A program made the translations under genes and the position numbers. Below, in pieces: positions 1-14,005 of a stretch of 64,000 bases of DNA. The notes beneath the pieces are model-generated. The model ran no database searches, was not told the DNA's origin, and was given only the letters and a program-made list of their open reading frames with translations. The first letter of the stretch is position 1, and the number at the start of each line of letters is the position of its first letter. The stretch lies in NCBI GenBank assembly GCA_951406725.2, contig OX597832.1, forward strand, positions 1,922,001 to 1,986,000, read 5' to 3'. Origin of the DNA: Octopus vulgaris. Taxonomy: Eukaryota.

Positions 1-505
1 ACAATTGGTACTAACATAAACCCGAAGGCATCATCGAAAATGATAATGCAAAGATCCTATGGAATCTTATGATTCAGTGCGACCATGAGATAGAGAATAG
101 GAAGCCAGACATAGTGTTAATTGAGAAAGAAAGCAAACGCTGCTGGATCATAGATATAGCATGCCCAGCTGACTACAAGGTATGCGATAAGGAAGGAAGA
201 AAAGTCGATAGAGATGACAAGCTAACTTGAGAGATTAAGCAGCTGTGGTCGATGAAAAAGGTGGTAGTACTACCAATATTGCCAGGGCCCTGGGAACAGT
301 GAGTAAAAGTCTTGAGAAGTATATGGGACAAATAGGGGCTGCAATAAGGGTGGGGCACTTGCAAAAAAGCAGCACTGCTTGGAACCGTTCGAATACTCCA
401 GTTGGTGTTCGAAAAATAAGGGGTGTTACCGTAGTTCGCTGGTAGTGAACAGCTGGCAACGTAGTACATCTCCAGCGTTAGAATCTGTGCAAAGACAATA
501 AATAG
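1..505 (+). mobile_element. 3' end (RLE endonuclease region + 3' UTR) of a decayed R4/Dong-type non-LTR retrotransposon (family A)
   Basis: Manual translation gives NWY*HKPEGIIENDNAKILWNLMIQCDHEIENRKPDIVLIEKESKRCWIIDIACP...KVDR...EIKQLWSMKK, the RLE motifs (KPD..D..P..K) with stops. The 3' UTR matches the minus-strand copy at 53480-53760. Confidence 0.88.
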
Positions 506-507
506 CA

Positions 508-681
508 AGAAGAAGAAGAAGAAGAAGAAGAAGAAAAAGAAGAAGAAGAAGAAGAAGAAGAAGAAGAAGAAGAAGAAGAAGAAAAAGAAGAAGAAGAAGA
601 AGAAGAAGAAGAAGAAGAAGAAGAAGAAGAAGAAGAAGAAGAAGAAGAAGAAGAAGAAGAAGAAGAAGAAGAAGAAGAAGA
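508..681. repeat. (GAA)n microsatellite
   Basis: Direct reading; it produces the poly-F and poly-S pseudo-ORFs. Confidence 0.98.
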
Positions 682-1225
682 ATGCAGAAAAAAGACGCTC
701 AGATAGTATGTCCTGCATACCTGTATTACATACAAATAAGAACCTAGCTCTTTTTTTTTGCATTTTAAATCTGGATTTTCTGACATAGACGGAAAACAAT
801 TAATATGACTCCACAGTAGAATTATGAGAGCTTGAGAATATCAGTAGGTAACATTGTTAAAGAAATTGAATGAACATTCGTTGCGTAACATCTCTAAATC
901 TATACTTGTAACCATTTTAGTTGTGATTATGTGACCACTAAAGAAATTTGACATACCTTAAAATGAATGACCATCACGAAGTTCAATATAGCATAAACAC
1001 TGTGTATAACAACAAAATTAAACAAAAAAATTTATGATTAGAAATGTATAACCTAATAGTTTTATTTCCATGAAGAGAAAATCGAATGTGCATTTTCTAT
1101 TTTTTATTTTTATGTAGTATTTAGTATTTTTACTTTTTATATATTTATCTATTGTAATTTTCATCTTTAGCATTTTTAAAAGATTATTCTGGCACGAAGA
1201 AATTAATATTATTCTTGGCGTTAAA

Positions 1226-1438
1226 AGGCAGCGAACTGGCAAAATCGTTAACACGCCGGGCAAAAAGCTTAGCGATATTTCGTCCGTCTTTACATTCTGA
1301 GTACAAATTGTGTTAGGCTCGACTTTACCTTTCATCCTTTCGGGGTTGATATAATATGTACCAGTTGGGCACTGAGGTCAATGTAATCGACTTACTCCCA
1401 CTCCGAAATTGCTGGACTCGTGCCAAAATTTGAAACCA
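1226..1438 (+). mobile_element. tRNA-derived SINE family S1 (core ...CTTTCATCCTTTCGGGGTCGAT...)
   Basis: Head GGCAGCGAACTGGCAAAATCGTTAACACGCCGGGC, conserved core and tail GTGCCAAAATTTGAAACC. Homologous copies at ~9700, 15571, 31510, 40550-41047 and 51699. Confidence 0.8.
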
Positions 1439-2457
1439 ATATTACTCAAGGCGTCAATTTTAGAGCATATTTTTTGGAGCCTATTTAGCTTTTGTCTTTT
1501 GGAAACAATGGCAGATTCTGCTGTTCGTTACTTGACAACACCACTGCCGGTTCCCCCATTTGTGATTAACTCTCAATCAAGTCGTGCATTGTCATATTCA
1601 GGATTTCTAGAGTCCTCTTTCGTGCCATTATGTATTCATCCCAGGCAAGCATTTGACATCTCTTAAGAACTGATCCGATTTATTGGCAAAGTTGCAAACC
1701 TGGGCATTTTCTATGCCCAGGGCTAAGAGAAGACTGAAATCAGAATGTAGTATACGTTCCCCAGGAAGGAGTGATGAGGAACACTTGAGGAGGTAACTCT
1801 GGGAGCTATGTTAAAGGGCTTTGGTAAGCAGTAGACTTTCCAGGTGTAACTTTCTAATTCTTCTAGGAGCATCAAGAAAGCAAATTCCAGTTTCTCATTG
1901 TGAGCTTGGATTCAACATTGTATGATGTCTTCAGGAGATTTAGACAGAGAGGTCATGCTCTTGACCCTTTATATGCTTGAGCTTGTTTCCAATGTTAATG
2001 AGGGCTGCTTTGTGTACCCTAATTCCATGCAGGACCAATCTGTTCTACTTAATGTCTGATATGATCGGCAACATCATTACGATATTAAGTCAAAGAAAAA
2101 GTGGATGAGACGTTCCACGGCGTTTAAAAAAAATTGCAAAAAAGAAATCTACGACTCTTATTCGTTTGAAATGCAGTAGCTTCTAACAGCTACCTTTCGT
2201 CTCCATTTCCTTTATCAGTCCAAATGAGTTTCTCTCTCCACAACTTTCTGTCTTCGCATGTAATCTCAGTAATCATCAGTGGCTTGCTTGTCATTTAATA
2301 CAGAGGATGTAAAAGTCTTCTATCTTCATTGTCTTTCCTTTCAATTTTGAAGAAGAACGTACACCGAAACTTCTGAAACAGCACTCCCCTTGACTTCTTT
2401 CTGTTACTTTCCCAATGTATGTGTGCGTGCGCACGTGTGTCTATGTGTACGTAAGTA

Positions 2458-2563
<106 letters not shown>

Positions 2564-2876
2564 TGTTTTTATTATGGCCACACAGGGCTAAACATAGAAA
2601 ATAGACGAAATACAATGTAGAGTTTTTCTTTTCGAGGTGTGACGGGTGGGACACATAAAAGAAAAAGTCCGATTAATAGGGATCGTTGGGCTGTGTTATG
2701 TACAAAAAAGGAAAGACATATATATATATAAAGTTCCAAAAAAAAGGGGGGAACGATATTGTTTACAGTTTAGGTGTAGCCTTGGAAAGAAAAACCTACA
2801 AAAAAGACCAAGGTCACCTCAGGCAGTTCAAAATGTCCATAAGAGTAAGAATCTTTCCTCTCGTTTTCTCTTTTTG

Positions 2877-5598
2877 TTACAGATTTATGTTTAAAATGGT
2901 GTCGTCTTTCATACTGACCATTCTTGCCACATTTATCCATTTTTTATTGAAACTTTCATTCGACAATACTTTCCTCTCTATTCTCATCCTCCTTTTCAAG
3001 TGGTACTTGAAAAAGTTGACGAGAGACTGACCAGAGAGAAAAATGTTTGTTTGTAGACCTTTCAAACGCGTCCAGCACACGCATTCTTTCGCCATAGCTA
3101 TCAGAGCTGCAGTAGAGCTTGGCGACAATCGCCCAGTTTCGGTCTCTTTCTGATCCATGTTTGCAGTTCGGTCAGTGAGACGAGCTGCGGAAAGGCGCGC
3201 CTCACAAACAGCGTCCACACCTGTTCACCGTCGTCGATGAAGTTCCAGAGATGCCGCAGTCTCAGCGCATGCCTGCGCATCATTAACCACGGCATGCCCA
3301 GTCCTCCGTTTAACGGATGTTGACAGCAAATGGACCGCCTCACCATCGGAACGCCACCCTTCCACAGGAAGCGGAAGAGTATGCGTTCCAGTTTGGTGAT
3401 GGTGGCGTCGGGACAAGGTACGACGGTCAGGCGGTTGGGCGGTATGGGCTTGCTTCTCCAGGTGCCGAGTAGCAAACCCACTGATTTTCCGGGTTAATTT
3501 TCGCTCCCGTCACCGTTTCGTATTCTTTTAGTGTCTCGCCTAGCATCTCGATGTGCTTTTCGCTCGACACTATGACGGTGACATCGTCCGCATATGCCGA
3601 CACGCTCGTCCCGCAACCCAGTTCCCGTGGGATTGCCCATCGGTGTCGCCAGCTTCCGCAGTAGCGGCTCGAGAGTCAATGCATACAGAAGCGCCGACAG
3701 GGGACATCCCTGACGGACCGAACGCGTGATGTCAAACGGTTTCGACAGGTGACCGTTTACTCGAATTACCGATCGGATGCCGCTATACAAGGCAGCGATC
3801 CAACCGCGGAAGACGGGACCGAAGCCAGCCACCCTGAGGTCGACCCTAACGAAAGCTTTAGATTGATCCAAATTGATCAGCGCCCCACCCATGCCAGGAT
3901 CCTTAACTACCTTGTCCACGATGTAGCGCATCAGATGGAGGTTGACATGGATGGTTCTGCCCAGCACGGCGCATGTTTGCGCCTTGTTGACCAGTTTATC
4001 GATGACAAGCGCCAACCTCTCGGCTTTTACTTTGGCCAAAATTTTCAAATCTGCGTTGAGCAGAGTGATGGGCCTGAAATTATCTATAAAATTCCCCTTG
4101 TTTGGGTCTTTCTTCAGCAACGTCACTGCACCTCGGCTCACGAAACCGGGGATTCTCCTGTTTTGTTGCCAGTTGCAGTAGACGGATGCCAAGAGGTCGC
4201 CAAACAAGTCTGGCATTTGACAATACAGCTCGTAGGGTAGACCATCCAAACCAGGCGACTTATCCCTCGCGCAGCCCGCCATCGCATCCCGTACGTCGGC
4301 AGCTGTGATGGGTCTCTCACAACACTCTGCTTCTCTTGCCGAGAGCCGCGGCAGGCCGTTCAGGTAGGCACTGAAGTCCATTCCGCGTTCCGACCCACCA
4401 CTCGCACCAAACAGTCGAGCAAAGTGCTGTTGAAAGGCCTTACACATCCTTTCGGGTTCGAGTAAATTGCATCCCTGTTGATCTATTAGAGACCGAATGG
4501 TAGCTCTGTTGCCACGTTGCGCCTCCACTACCCGGGCCTCAAGGCACGCATTTTAGCTTTGACGACGCAACCTTCGTGTTTGGCGTTGAGGTGTTGGTCG
4601 ATGGCCATCCTCGCAGCCAGCACGTTTGTTGCACTGCCAGTTGTAAGTACCTCTTCTAGTTTCTTAACTAAGTCTCCCTCTACTCTATTTCGATCTATCG
4701 CTAATTCCTTGCTAAACGTAATTGATTCCGATCTGATTGCCATTTTCAGGGCAAACCACCAGCGGTTGTTAACGATGGCTCCCGTTAACGCCTTCTTAAT
4801 TAACTCGCTAATCCGGTTCCTGTAAACCTGTCGCACTAAGAGCGACGTGTTCAGTTTCCAGTAACCGGGACCCTGCCTATGTGTCTTATCTAAGTCGAGC
4901 GTACACGTCACAAATTTGTGATCTGTGTAGCTGACTATTTTAAATTGTGGACATCCTACACTATCTCTATCCTCTGTTCTACATAGAACTCTATCAAGAT
5001 ACGATCTCGACGATCCGACGCGGTTTGTCCAAGTCTACGTTGGCACATTCGGATGGTCGAGTCGGAACCTGTCAGACAAATGGAAACGTCTGAGCAGGTC
5101 ATTGAAGCACTTACATCCCCTTCTCTTACTATCCATTCCCACATAATTTAGATGCGTGTCCAAGGTAGCGTTCCAATCCACTACTAACAGTAAAGGTCGA
5201 GACGTTCCCAGGAAAACCTCTAGACGTCTGAAGAAATCCGCCCGACCCGTTAAGGACGGTGCATACACTGCCATCAGACGGAATGCACACCCATTTCTGC
5301 CATCCACGTCCAAGACAACCAGCCTACCCTCCGGGTCTAGGAATATTGATCTTACTTTTACGTTTAGACTCTTTCGAAAAAGCACCGCGGTACCACCACC
5401 ACCCATGTTTGGCAGACAGGGAGAAAAATAAATGTCGAATTGACCGCCAAACATGGACGCGAGGGCCCGCGGCTTACTGAGTCTAGTTTCACTGATAGCT
5501 ACTATATCAACGTTCAGTGACTTGATGTCATTTAGAAGGTAACCTTGCTTCCAAGCCGACGCCAAGCCACGCACATTCACACAACCTAATTTAAGCAT
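2877..5598 (-). pseudogene. Tx1/L1 ORF2 (APE endonuclease + reverse transcriptase), frameshifted with internal deletions
   Basis: APE motifs VNVRGL, ISETR, VYAP, DWN and TDH. GPGYWKLN. RT motifs SPGLDG, NFRPITLLN, DQSKAF, RQGCPLS and YADD (~3590). Thumb motif GGLGMP. Confidence 0.9.
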
Positions 5599-5656
5599 AA
5601 TTGATGGTCAAAAATTTGTGTTTCACACACAACAGTGAAAGAGACGAGAGGGAAGG

Positions 5657-7606
5657 TTACTTACTTGTTTCGAAAGTTTGAGTAGTTTCCTCCTCTTTTG
5701 GGATGACTTTGAGGAGGTTCTTAAAAAGTTTTTTTGATAAATACTTCTGGTACCCCCCGACCGCATTTGGAAAGAGAGTTTTGAGTGTGTGGTGCTGCGT
5801 TTGTGTGACGTGTACTATTTTTATGTGTGTCGGTGGTGTAGTGCGTGGATGGTTGTTCAGTTTATAGTCATCTTCACAAATTTTTGTGTTAGATGCGATG
5901 TGGTTCATTAGTTTTGTATTTTCTGTGTCTATTGCTGTTAGATGTTTGTGTGTTTTTGCAGCGTCGTTGTTGGTTTGTATGTGTAAGGGACTGTCAGAAG
6001 TTATATATCTCCCAGTTTTACCTGCATTTGCTTGTTTCGTGGTTTTGGGGGGTCTTTTCCTTTTACCCCCTGTGGCTATTTGCCATTCTGTTGAACTTTT
6101 GTCGTTAGACGAAAAGTCTGACGAATCAGAAGGGGGTAAGGGCAAAGTGTTTGCTTCTATATGTGTGTTTGTAGAAGGTGTTGTTGTTTTGTGTGGTATT
6201 TGTGTTGTTGAGGTATTAGGGGCAGAATTTGTCTTTTCGTCATTGTTATTTGTTTTCTTGGTTGTTGTTCTTGGTGCTGGTGTTGGTGTTGGTCTGTATT
6301 TGGATGTTGGTGGTGGTGTTTTTCTCTAGTTGGTTGCGATGTCGAAGGTAATTGTGATGGTTTTGTTTCTCTTCTTGGTGAGGGGGAAACAGTTTTTACG
6401 TCGTCTGCTGTTTGTCCTGTCTTTTGCGTTGAACGTGATGTGGGTAGCAGGGGTTTTCTTCCAGGTTTTGGGAGTGGTTGCTGTTGCCTATTTCTGGCAG
6501 CAGTTGGGCAATCATATCTGAGGTGTGCCTCACTGTTGCACAAATAGCATCTTGGCATCCTGCCCTGCACTACTACATACAATTTTTGGTCTTTTGTCAG
6601 TTGAACACTGGTTGGTAAATTATTTATTGCTTCTTGAGTGATTTGAAGCAATATTTCAAGCTTTTTACCAGTCCAGATTTCCTCTGGAATGTCGGCGATT
6701 TCTAAAACATCTGCTTCTTCTATATCGAAGCAGATGGCCGATACCAGCCACTGGGTATCCACTTCTGGGGGCACATTATTTATTGTTATTTTCGTTACCC
6801 TGCGCCCATTGTTACCTGGTATGTGCGCAGAGAAAGCGTCGAAAACGTCTTTGCTAGTTCTTCCGTATGGAAGCGAACTTGCACGGTAGCAAATTTACAC
6901 CCTCAATTCATATAATTTCGGAACTTCCACACAGAAGCGAGGCACTTCTCAATCTTTTCTGTAGCTGGGCTTTCTGGTTTCTTTGTTTTGGTGTTGAGTA
7001 TTTTGTAGATGATGGTCTTCTTTTGTGTTTCTTCCAAAATGTTCCGTGGAATATTTAAATGTATTGTGTCGCCTTGTTTGGTGAGTAAAGACTTTGTGTC
7101 TTGTATTTGTTGATGAGTAAATTTTAAAATTCTTCTTTTCGGTCGTATGGCTTCCGCGAAATTCGTCTTGTTTTTTGTGGAGGTGGTGGTGGTGGTGGTG
7201 GTGGTGGTGGTGGTGGTGGTGGTGATGTTTGTGGCAGAGTCGTTCGTAGTAGCAGTAGATAACTGTGAAGTCGGATTGTTTACCAGTGTGGAGGTCGCGA
7301 TGTTAGCGTTCATTTGCGCCTGTGTTGCTTTTTCCCTTTTTCTCTCCTTCATGAAATTGTGGAGAAGGCAGTATAGGGAAATCAACGTCGTAAGCGTTTT
7401 CAAGGAGGGTGTCGGTGTTGATGGTGGAATCATTAGTGGCGACCTTGGTTTTGTTGTTGTTGCTGCTGTTGATGCTGATAGTTGGTGGTGGTGGTGTTAG
7501 TGTCGTTCAAACTGTCAGGTTCAGCGTTTAGTGGCAGGGAATCTTGCTCTTTTGTTTCGGCGTCACGCTTGATTTGCGCCTTGGCCTCGTGGCGACCAGT
7601 AGCCAT
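5657..7606 (-). pseudogene. Tx1/L1 ORF1 (nucleic-acid-binding, zinc knuckle), disrupted
   Basis: ORF pieces 7433-7627, 6903-7433, 6157-6774 and 5657-6145. Motif RCYLCNSEAHLRYDCP (CX2CX4HX4C) and T/Q/P-rich linkers. Confidence 0.8.
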
Positions 7607-7818
7607 TTTTGAAAATAAAAATGGCAAAAATAAAACCTCGAAGCCTTTGAGAACTTTTTAAATTTTGCCCACAGAGGGCGAAATTTTGTGTGGATGTTAA
7701 TGAAAGTATGGGTTGGGTGTTGTTGTACACCTTTTAGACATAAAATGTTTGACAATCAACAATTTTAAACGTAGAAAACTACCAACTTACTTGGAGCCCA
7801 TATGACTTGCGTCCGTCC

Positions 7819-7893
<75 letters not shown>

Positions 7894-7950
7894 CATACAG
7901 ACAGACATACAGACAGACAGACATACAGACAGACAGACGGTCAGACAGAC

Positions 7951-8030
<80 letters not shown>
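7819..8030. repeat. (GATA)n/(GACA)n compound microsatellite
   Basis: Direct reading. Confidence 0.97.
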
Positions 8031-8175
8031 GGGTGTGTATACATACTTACAGTATACTACCATCAAGGACAACTATGAGTTGCTTCAACGTACTGTAAGC
8101 TCAATACTACGCACCCGGCCAATCATGGCGCCCTATGCGTTGATATACCTAGATTCCAACGAATCTTGATACTGA

Positions 8176-8320
<145 letters not shown>

Positions 8321-9051
8321 TATGCAAGGCTGGAAGCCTTGATAATAGTTCTATTCAATCACGGCTGACCACAACAATATCACAATCCTTTATATTTTCA
8401 CAAACCATACTCTTAACATTAGCTCATTCTATGTAAATTGCTATTCACATTGAATATAATATAGTCACACAAACTCCAAATATACCAATCAATCCCATCA
8501 ATAAATTTATATCGCTTCTCAACATCTCAATAATTAAATCTTTTGATTTAAGAACACGTACAGCAATACACAGAGATATGGTTTCTTCACATTACATGGA
8601 AATTTGACTGCTTGCCTGGAAAATCCTTTGGAAAAAGGAGTCACATCTTCATTTAATCAATACCCTAATCAAAAGTGACTTTTGCTGATAAAGTCTTAAT
8701 GTTGTTGAATACAGAACTATTTTTGAAATATGAGATCATGAGCTCATCATTCAGAGTAAAATAAATTTACTATACCGTAAATAAAATTTTTAACCCCAAT
8801 AACAGTCGCAATTTCCTCAATAAATAGAGGTGGAAGAGTCTGCAAGATTTCAGGAATTCAGGTATTTCATTGAAAATTGCAAGACACTGTAATATAATAA
8901 TTCTCTGAAAGATAGTGATTTCACCATTTATAACAATGTCGCGAGATGAGTATTTTAGAATGCGTCAATCGATTTTAAATTTCTTAGATTAATTTAGACT
9001 AAAGATATATTTAAATAGGGAAGTTGCAAGGTAAATTTTTGTGATTCTGAA

Positions 9052-9052
<1 letters not shown>

Positions 9053-9109
<57 letters not shown>

Positions 9110-9232
9110 GTGTTTGTATATGGCTATGTGTATGTGCGTGTGTTAAACGTTAATTTGGGATAGATTTTCATCAACACTGGATTTATTGATTAAATTTATT
9201 TGGTAATTCAGCAAATATTAAATGTAATTTAC

Positions 9233-9305
<73 letters not shown>
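9053..9305. repeat. (TA)n tract (9053-9106) and (TG)n tract (9235-9305)
   Basis: Direct reading. Confidence 0.93.
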
Positions 9306-9308
<3 letters not shown>

Positions 9309-9699
9309 ATTGTGTGTGCGCGCTCGCGTCTATGTCTGTGTCTGTGCGGTGTGTGTGTCCGTATGGTATGTGTGTTTGAAAGTTTGTGTATATACATATA
9401 TGTGTGTATGAGTATGCGGTTGCAAGAATCTTTCGAAAGCATTTTCAACGAGCGTAATATAAATTTTTGTCTCACTGTAATCAGCAAAAAACGAAATTAG
9501 CTCGATAAATTAATGGTTTAGAAAGTGACACGCCATATTGAGGAAAGATGTTAGGATGATTACAATCACGCACAAGTAACTGCGTATTCATACTGCCTAC
9601 GGAAGCAGGAAACTTTTTGATGCAACTGTAGCGCGCCATAACGTTGAAGATTTTTACGACCTCTGTTCCCTCTACAGAAAGGTTCAAGAAGTGCAGATT

Positions 9700-9892
9700 G
9701 GCAGAATTGTAAGAGCAACGGACCAAATACTTCGCAGTATTTCTACCGGATCTTTACGCTCTAATCCCGCCGAAGTTAGCTTTGCTTTTCATCCAACCGA
9801 GGTCAATGAAATCAGTATCACTCAAACAATGGTGCCGATTTAATCGACTAAACCCCTCCATCAAATTTCTGGCATTATACCTGTATTAGAAA
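9700..9892 (+). mobile_element. Diverged SINE S1 copy
   Basis: TGGCAGAATTG...CTTTGCTTTTCATCCAACCGAGGTCAAT...TAATCGACTAAACCCC. Confidence 0.6.
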
Positions 9893-11607
9893 AATAATAC
9901 AATAAGCATTTAAATAGGGTATAGATCATATAATTTAAACTATATCATTTTCAAAACGTACAATTTTTAGCTCAAACTTTTGCATTTATGGATACTAATA
10001 TTGTTCTGTATGTAATATATTATATCTTGGAAGCCAGTGACTCTTAATGCTTCATTGTAACAATGAACTGCTCACTAGGTGTTCATCTGACGATATGCCG
10101 GCTATAAATTTACTGAAGTTACTCGGTGTTTTACGATTGTCGAAGGATGGTTGAATTTTATAGTGATGTAATGTAACTTTTTGCTAAGTTTGTTATAAGA
10201 GCAGAGTTCACTCTAAAGTTCATTTCTCACTCTTCAATTTTGTAAACCTCTGCCGAACAGTATTCATTGAATGACACTTCATATTTCATAATTATGGTAA
10301 AGATCGAACCCTACAGTAAATATACAATCCTATTATTTCCCAATCTTTAGTACCTTTGTAAGAACCCATACTCACATCAAGAATTAATTCCACACTGCAT
10401 TTATTCCCAATAATTTGCTAGCGTGCATTATTATTTTAATTACGGATTTGCTAATCGCAATTAAAATTCTGTCGCATTTTCGGAAATGAATATTTTCGCA
10501 AACTAAACGTGGAAACAGATGTATGTAGGAGAAATGAAATGTAAGAAGACAGCTAAAGGTCGAATTTTATAGATTGGTAGAAACTACTTATAGGAACTAA
10601 AGGCATATTTTTGCCAATGCTTACAGCGATAAACGCGTTCTTTAAACGTATTTACAAGAGTATTTTTCGGGAAAAGGATGAAAAGGTGCTCTTCGTTACA
10701 GAGCGGACAAAAAGATTAACCTTGGACAGAATTTTCCATTCCAAACCGTATTGTTTATTATGTTCCTTTATAATGTTTCTTCGTCTCAGTTGTCGAAAGA
10801 ATATCGAACCATTATTCTACATTTAGACATATCAATAAACGCAACAATACTGGGATTAGTAAATTAATTTGGTTTCTAAAGGAACGCGCTTTTAAACTTT
10901 ATTCCCATTCATCTATCACACTATATTTTTCCACTCTTAATTTTCTGTTAATTTTTTTCTTTCTCCTCCTTCTCATTCTGTAAATTACCTTTGACGTTAA
11001 ATCTATTAACGTTTGTTAAAAAAATAACTTGCAAGCGTTCTCCTTACATACACGGTAATCACATTCGGTTAAAATAGCTTATTGATGTGTTTTGTTCCTT
11101 TTTTTACCTTGACGAGATGATTGCATTATTTTACATCATTTTTATTCCCTCCGTAACATTTTTGAGTGTAGGTATAGCTATGTCGTAGATAATGATATTG
11201 CAACGCCACAGTCTGGTTTCTGTGACTGAAGAGGAGATAACCACTCCAAAATGCTTGCATCTCACAGTCTAGATAGGTGGGGCTGCAAGCTGATTTAGGT
11301 GAATAATCTCAATGCTTTTTTCGAAACATATGTTGGAAGTATAAATGATTTGAATAACACCTGCATTTGACTCAATTTCTTAACTTATCCATATTATACA
11401 AAAGCATTTCACTTAACTCCGGAATTTCTATCTTTATAAGTAGGGTGTGATATCCTTGGCTCTTATGGGAATTTTTGCTACTCTGGTAACTATTTATTTT
11501 TTTCCTTGTAATTTGTACACATTGAAAAAAATATACATACATTTATATATACATTTCTTCGAATATAGTTCAATCGGGAAGTGTCCATTTGCAAATGCAC
11601 ATACACA

Positions 11608-11644
<37 letters not shown>

Positions 11645-11657
11645 TCTCTCTCTCTCC

Positions 11658-11690
<33 letters not shown>

Positions 11691-11709
11691 ATATATATAT
11701 ATATATATA

Positions 11710-13254
11710 AGATAGTAAATCCCAAAAAGAAAAAACCAAGAAGAAAGACAAAAAAAAACAGCGCGAGGACGTGATACATGCAAAGGATTAGCAGATGCTC
11801 AGGAAGGAAAGAAAGGTAGTTTTACGTTTCAAGCAAAGCTCTTCTTCAATAACAGGAGACAGAGGAAAGTCCAAGAGAAAAGGAAGACGGAGGGAAAAAA
11901 ATCGCCAACGATTCACATGCAGTTACATTTTGAAATGACCGGAAGGGAATGATTGAAAAACATGTTCTAAGACAGGAGAGAATAAGAAAAGGCGGTATGT
12001 GTGTGTATGTGTGAGTATGTGCGTGCGCACAAGTCTCTGTGTGTGTGTAATAGCATGTGTGTGTGTGTTGTTGGCTGTTTATATGTGTATGTATGTGTGA
12101 ACTTTGTGTTTAAAGGAAGGCAAGTGTGGGTTGGGGAAAATGGGGTGGGTGGTGCGATATAGCTGGAGTCGACGGAAAGTCCGTAGGATTCTCCGACGAA
12201 ATAGTAGGATGAAGGGGTGAAAAGGAGGGGAAAGGGGTGCGGTCAGAAGAGAGAGGGCAGTGGTGTGATCGATTAGATGTGCGCGGTCAAGGGCGGTTTG
12301 GACAAGGGTGGATGGGTATCCTCGATGCAAGAACAGGCGGCTAATGTACTAGAACTGGGTCTCGAAATCCTGGTCCTGGGTGCACAAGCGTCAGAGGCGG
12401 AGGGACTAGGAGTAGAGGATGGCCCGCTTGGTGTGGGAGGGATGGGAGGAAGAAAGGTTAAGATAGAAGTGCGAATCCGTGGGTTTGAAGTGGCGGATGT
12501 GGTGGGAGAGTGGGAGGGGAGGTCAATAGTAAGAGAGATGGTAGAAATAAATTGGAGAGAACGGTGAAAGTTAGAGAGGAAAGAGATGAAGCGGCAGAGT
12601 TGTTCGCGGGAGACGGAGGCGGTGCTTATAGAGTTGTCTATGTAGCGGCCGAATAGCTCTGGAGTCGGTCCGGAGAATTGGGAGAATACTTGGACCTCAA
12701 TATGACCAACAAATAGGTTGGCGAAATTGGGGCCCATTCGCGTTTCCATAGCGACCCCCAGACATCTGTTGGTAGATCTCCCCGGCGAACGTAAAGCAGT
12801 TTAGGGTGAAGACGAGCTCTGCCAGACGGAGAAGGGCGGAGGTGCTGGGTGTGAGGTCAGGGCGGCGGTCGAGGAAGTATTGGAGGACTAAGAGACCGTC
12901 GTTGTGGGGGATCAGCGTTCGTAGGAATTTGATGTCTAAGGGTAAGAGGAGGTGTGAGGGGCCAGGATTTAAGAAGGAATTAAAAAGGCGAAGGGCATGA
13001 TTGGTGTCATGTATATGGGATGGGAGGGCAGTAACCAGAGGGGACAGGATGCGGTCAAGGTATTTTGAGATGAGTTCTGTGGGACAATTGCAGACGGAAA
13101 CAATGGTGCAGCCAGGGTTGTCGGGTTTATGTATTTTGGGAAGGTAATAGATGGTAGAGGTAAGGGGTGTTCGGACGATGAGGTTGGTGGCGGTGGGGAG
13201 GGCAGAAGAGACGCGGTCATGGATGATGGAAGATAGAGCTTGGTGAATTTTCAT
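11710..13254 (-). mobile_element. Penelope-like element fragment (RT) with a downstream pLTR-like segment ending at (TA)n
   Basis: RT motifs YLPKIHKPDNPG.IVS, LDIK, AMGTRMGPNFANLFVG-like, RYID and RGYP. Segment 11710-11945 resembles 62620-62783. Confidence 0.85.
11815..11862 (-). ncRNA. Putative minimal/variant hammerhead ribozyme motif in a Penelope pLTR
   Basis: Minus strand reads CTG-ttattgaa-GAAGAG-ctttg-CTT-GAAACGTA. The core is non-canonical and parallels 62653-62694. Confidence 0.35.
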
Positions 13255-13269
13255 TAAGGAATGAAATTT

Positions 13270-13606
13270 TTTTTATAGAAATCATCATAGTGGATCATCT
13301 CTCGAGGATCATCGTAAACAATTCGGTGAAATGCAACCAGATGTCCGTCGGATGTTTCCAAATGCTGAGCGATTGCTCAGGCTATTTTTAGTGTTTCCAA
13401 CCAGTTCTTGTGAAGCCGAAAGATATTTTAACGCTCAGGGGAGACTCAAAACGTGGTTGCGATTGACTAAGACTCAGCAAAGGTTGAATCATATTCTAAT
13501 GTGCCACGTTCATAAAGATGTTTTGAAAAAGATTAGTCGTGAAGAAGTTGCTAAACTATTTATTGACAGTAATGATGCGAGATATAATGCATTTGGAAAG
13601 TTCTAA
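13270..13606 (+). mobile_element. hAT transposase C-terminal dimerisation-domain relic
   Basis: FPNAERLLRLFLVFPTSSCEAERYFN...KTWLRLTKTQQRLNHILMCHVHKD matches the hATC pattern P.(S/T)S..ERSFS...LR. Confidence 0.85.
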
Positions 13607-14005
13607 TAGATAAACTTACTTTATATTTTTTTATTCAAACGTCTATGCTTTATTTTTTGTTTAGTTGATAGACTAAATTCTTTTTCAGCGTATTTTGTTT
13701 ATATCTAAACTTCATTTGAATATGTAAAATTTAATTAACATAAATTTTTTATGTGATAGGGTCCATAAGCAATATTAACATGCTTCTTTAAGAATCAGCA
13801 AATGTTAGTTTGCACCCATCGCATTTTTAAGGCAATCGAGGTCTGATTTGACTGAGGATTATGTTAAAAGTACAAGTGTCTGTGGAATACTCAGCACCTA
13901 CACGCTATTCCCAGGTTCAGTTGATCGAACAACTGAATATTTACCTTCGCCACCACCGGAGATCCATTTACTTTTATTTACTATATTTACAAATATATTA
14001 TGAAC

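Larger units (their letters stand above)
2564..7818 (-). mobile_element. Near full-length decayed Tx1/L1-clade LINE (ORF1 + ORF2)
   Basis: ORF1 has a gag-like CCHC knuckle. ORF2 has APE and RT motifs. The 3' UTR ends in AATAAA followed by (TATC)n, and the putative 5' UTR begins right after (TATC)n at ~7818. Confidence 0.9.

Noticed and set aside
173-799. 208-aa poly-F ORF and similar poly-S, poly-L, poly-I and IYLS ORFs throughout the window
   Set aside because: These are translations of microsatellites, not genes.
1600-2090. Possible ancient RLE-type LINE relic
   Set aside because: Only vague motif traces and no supportable frame.
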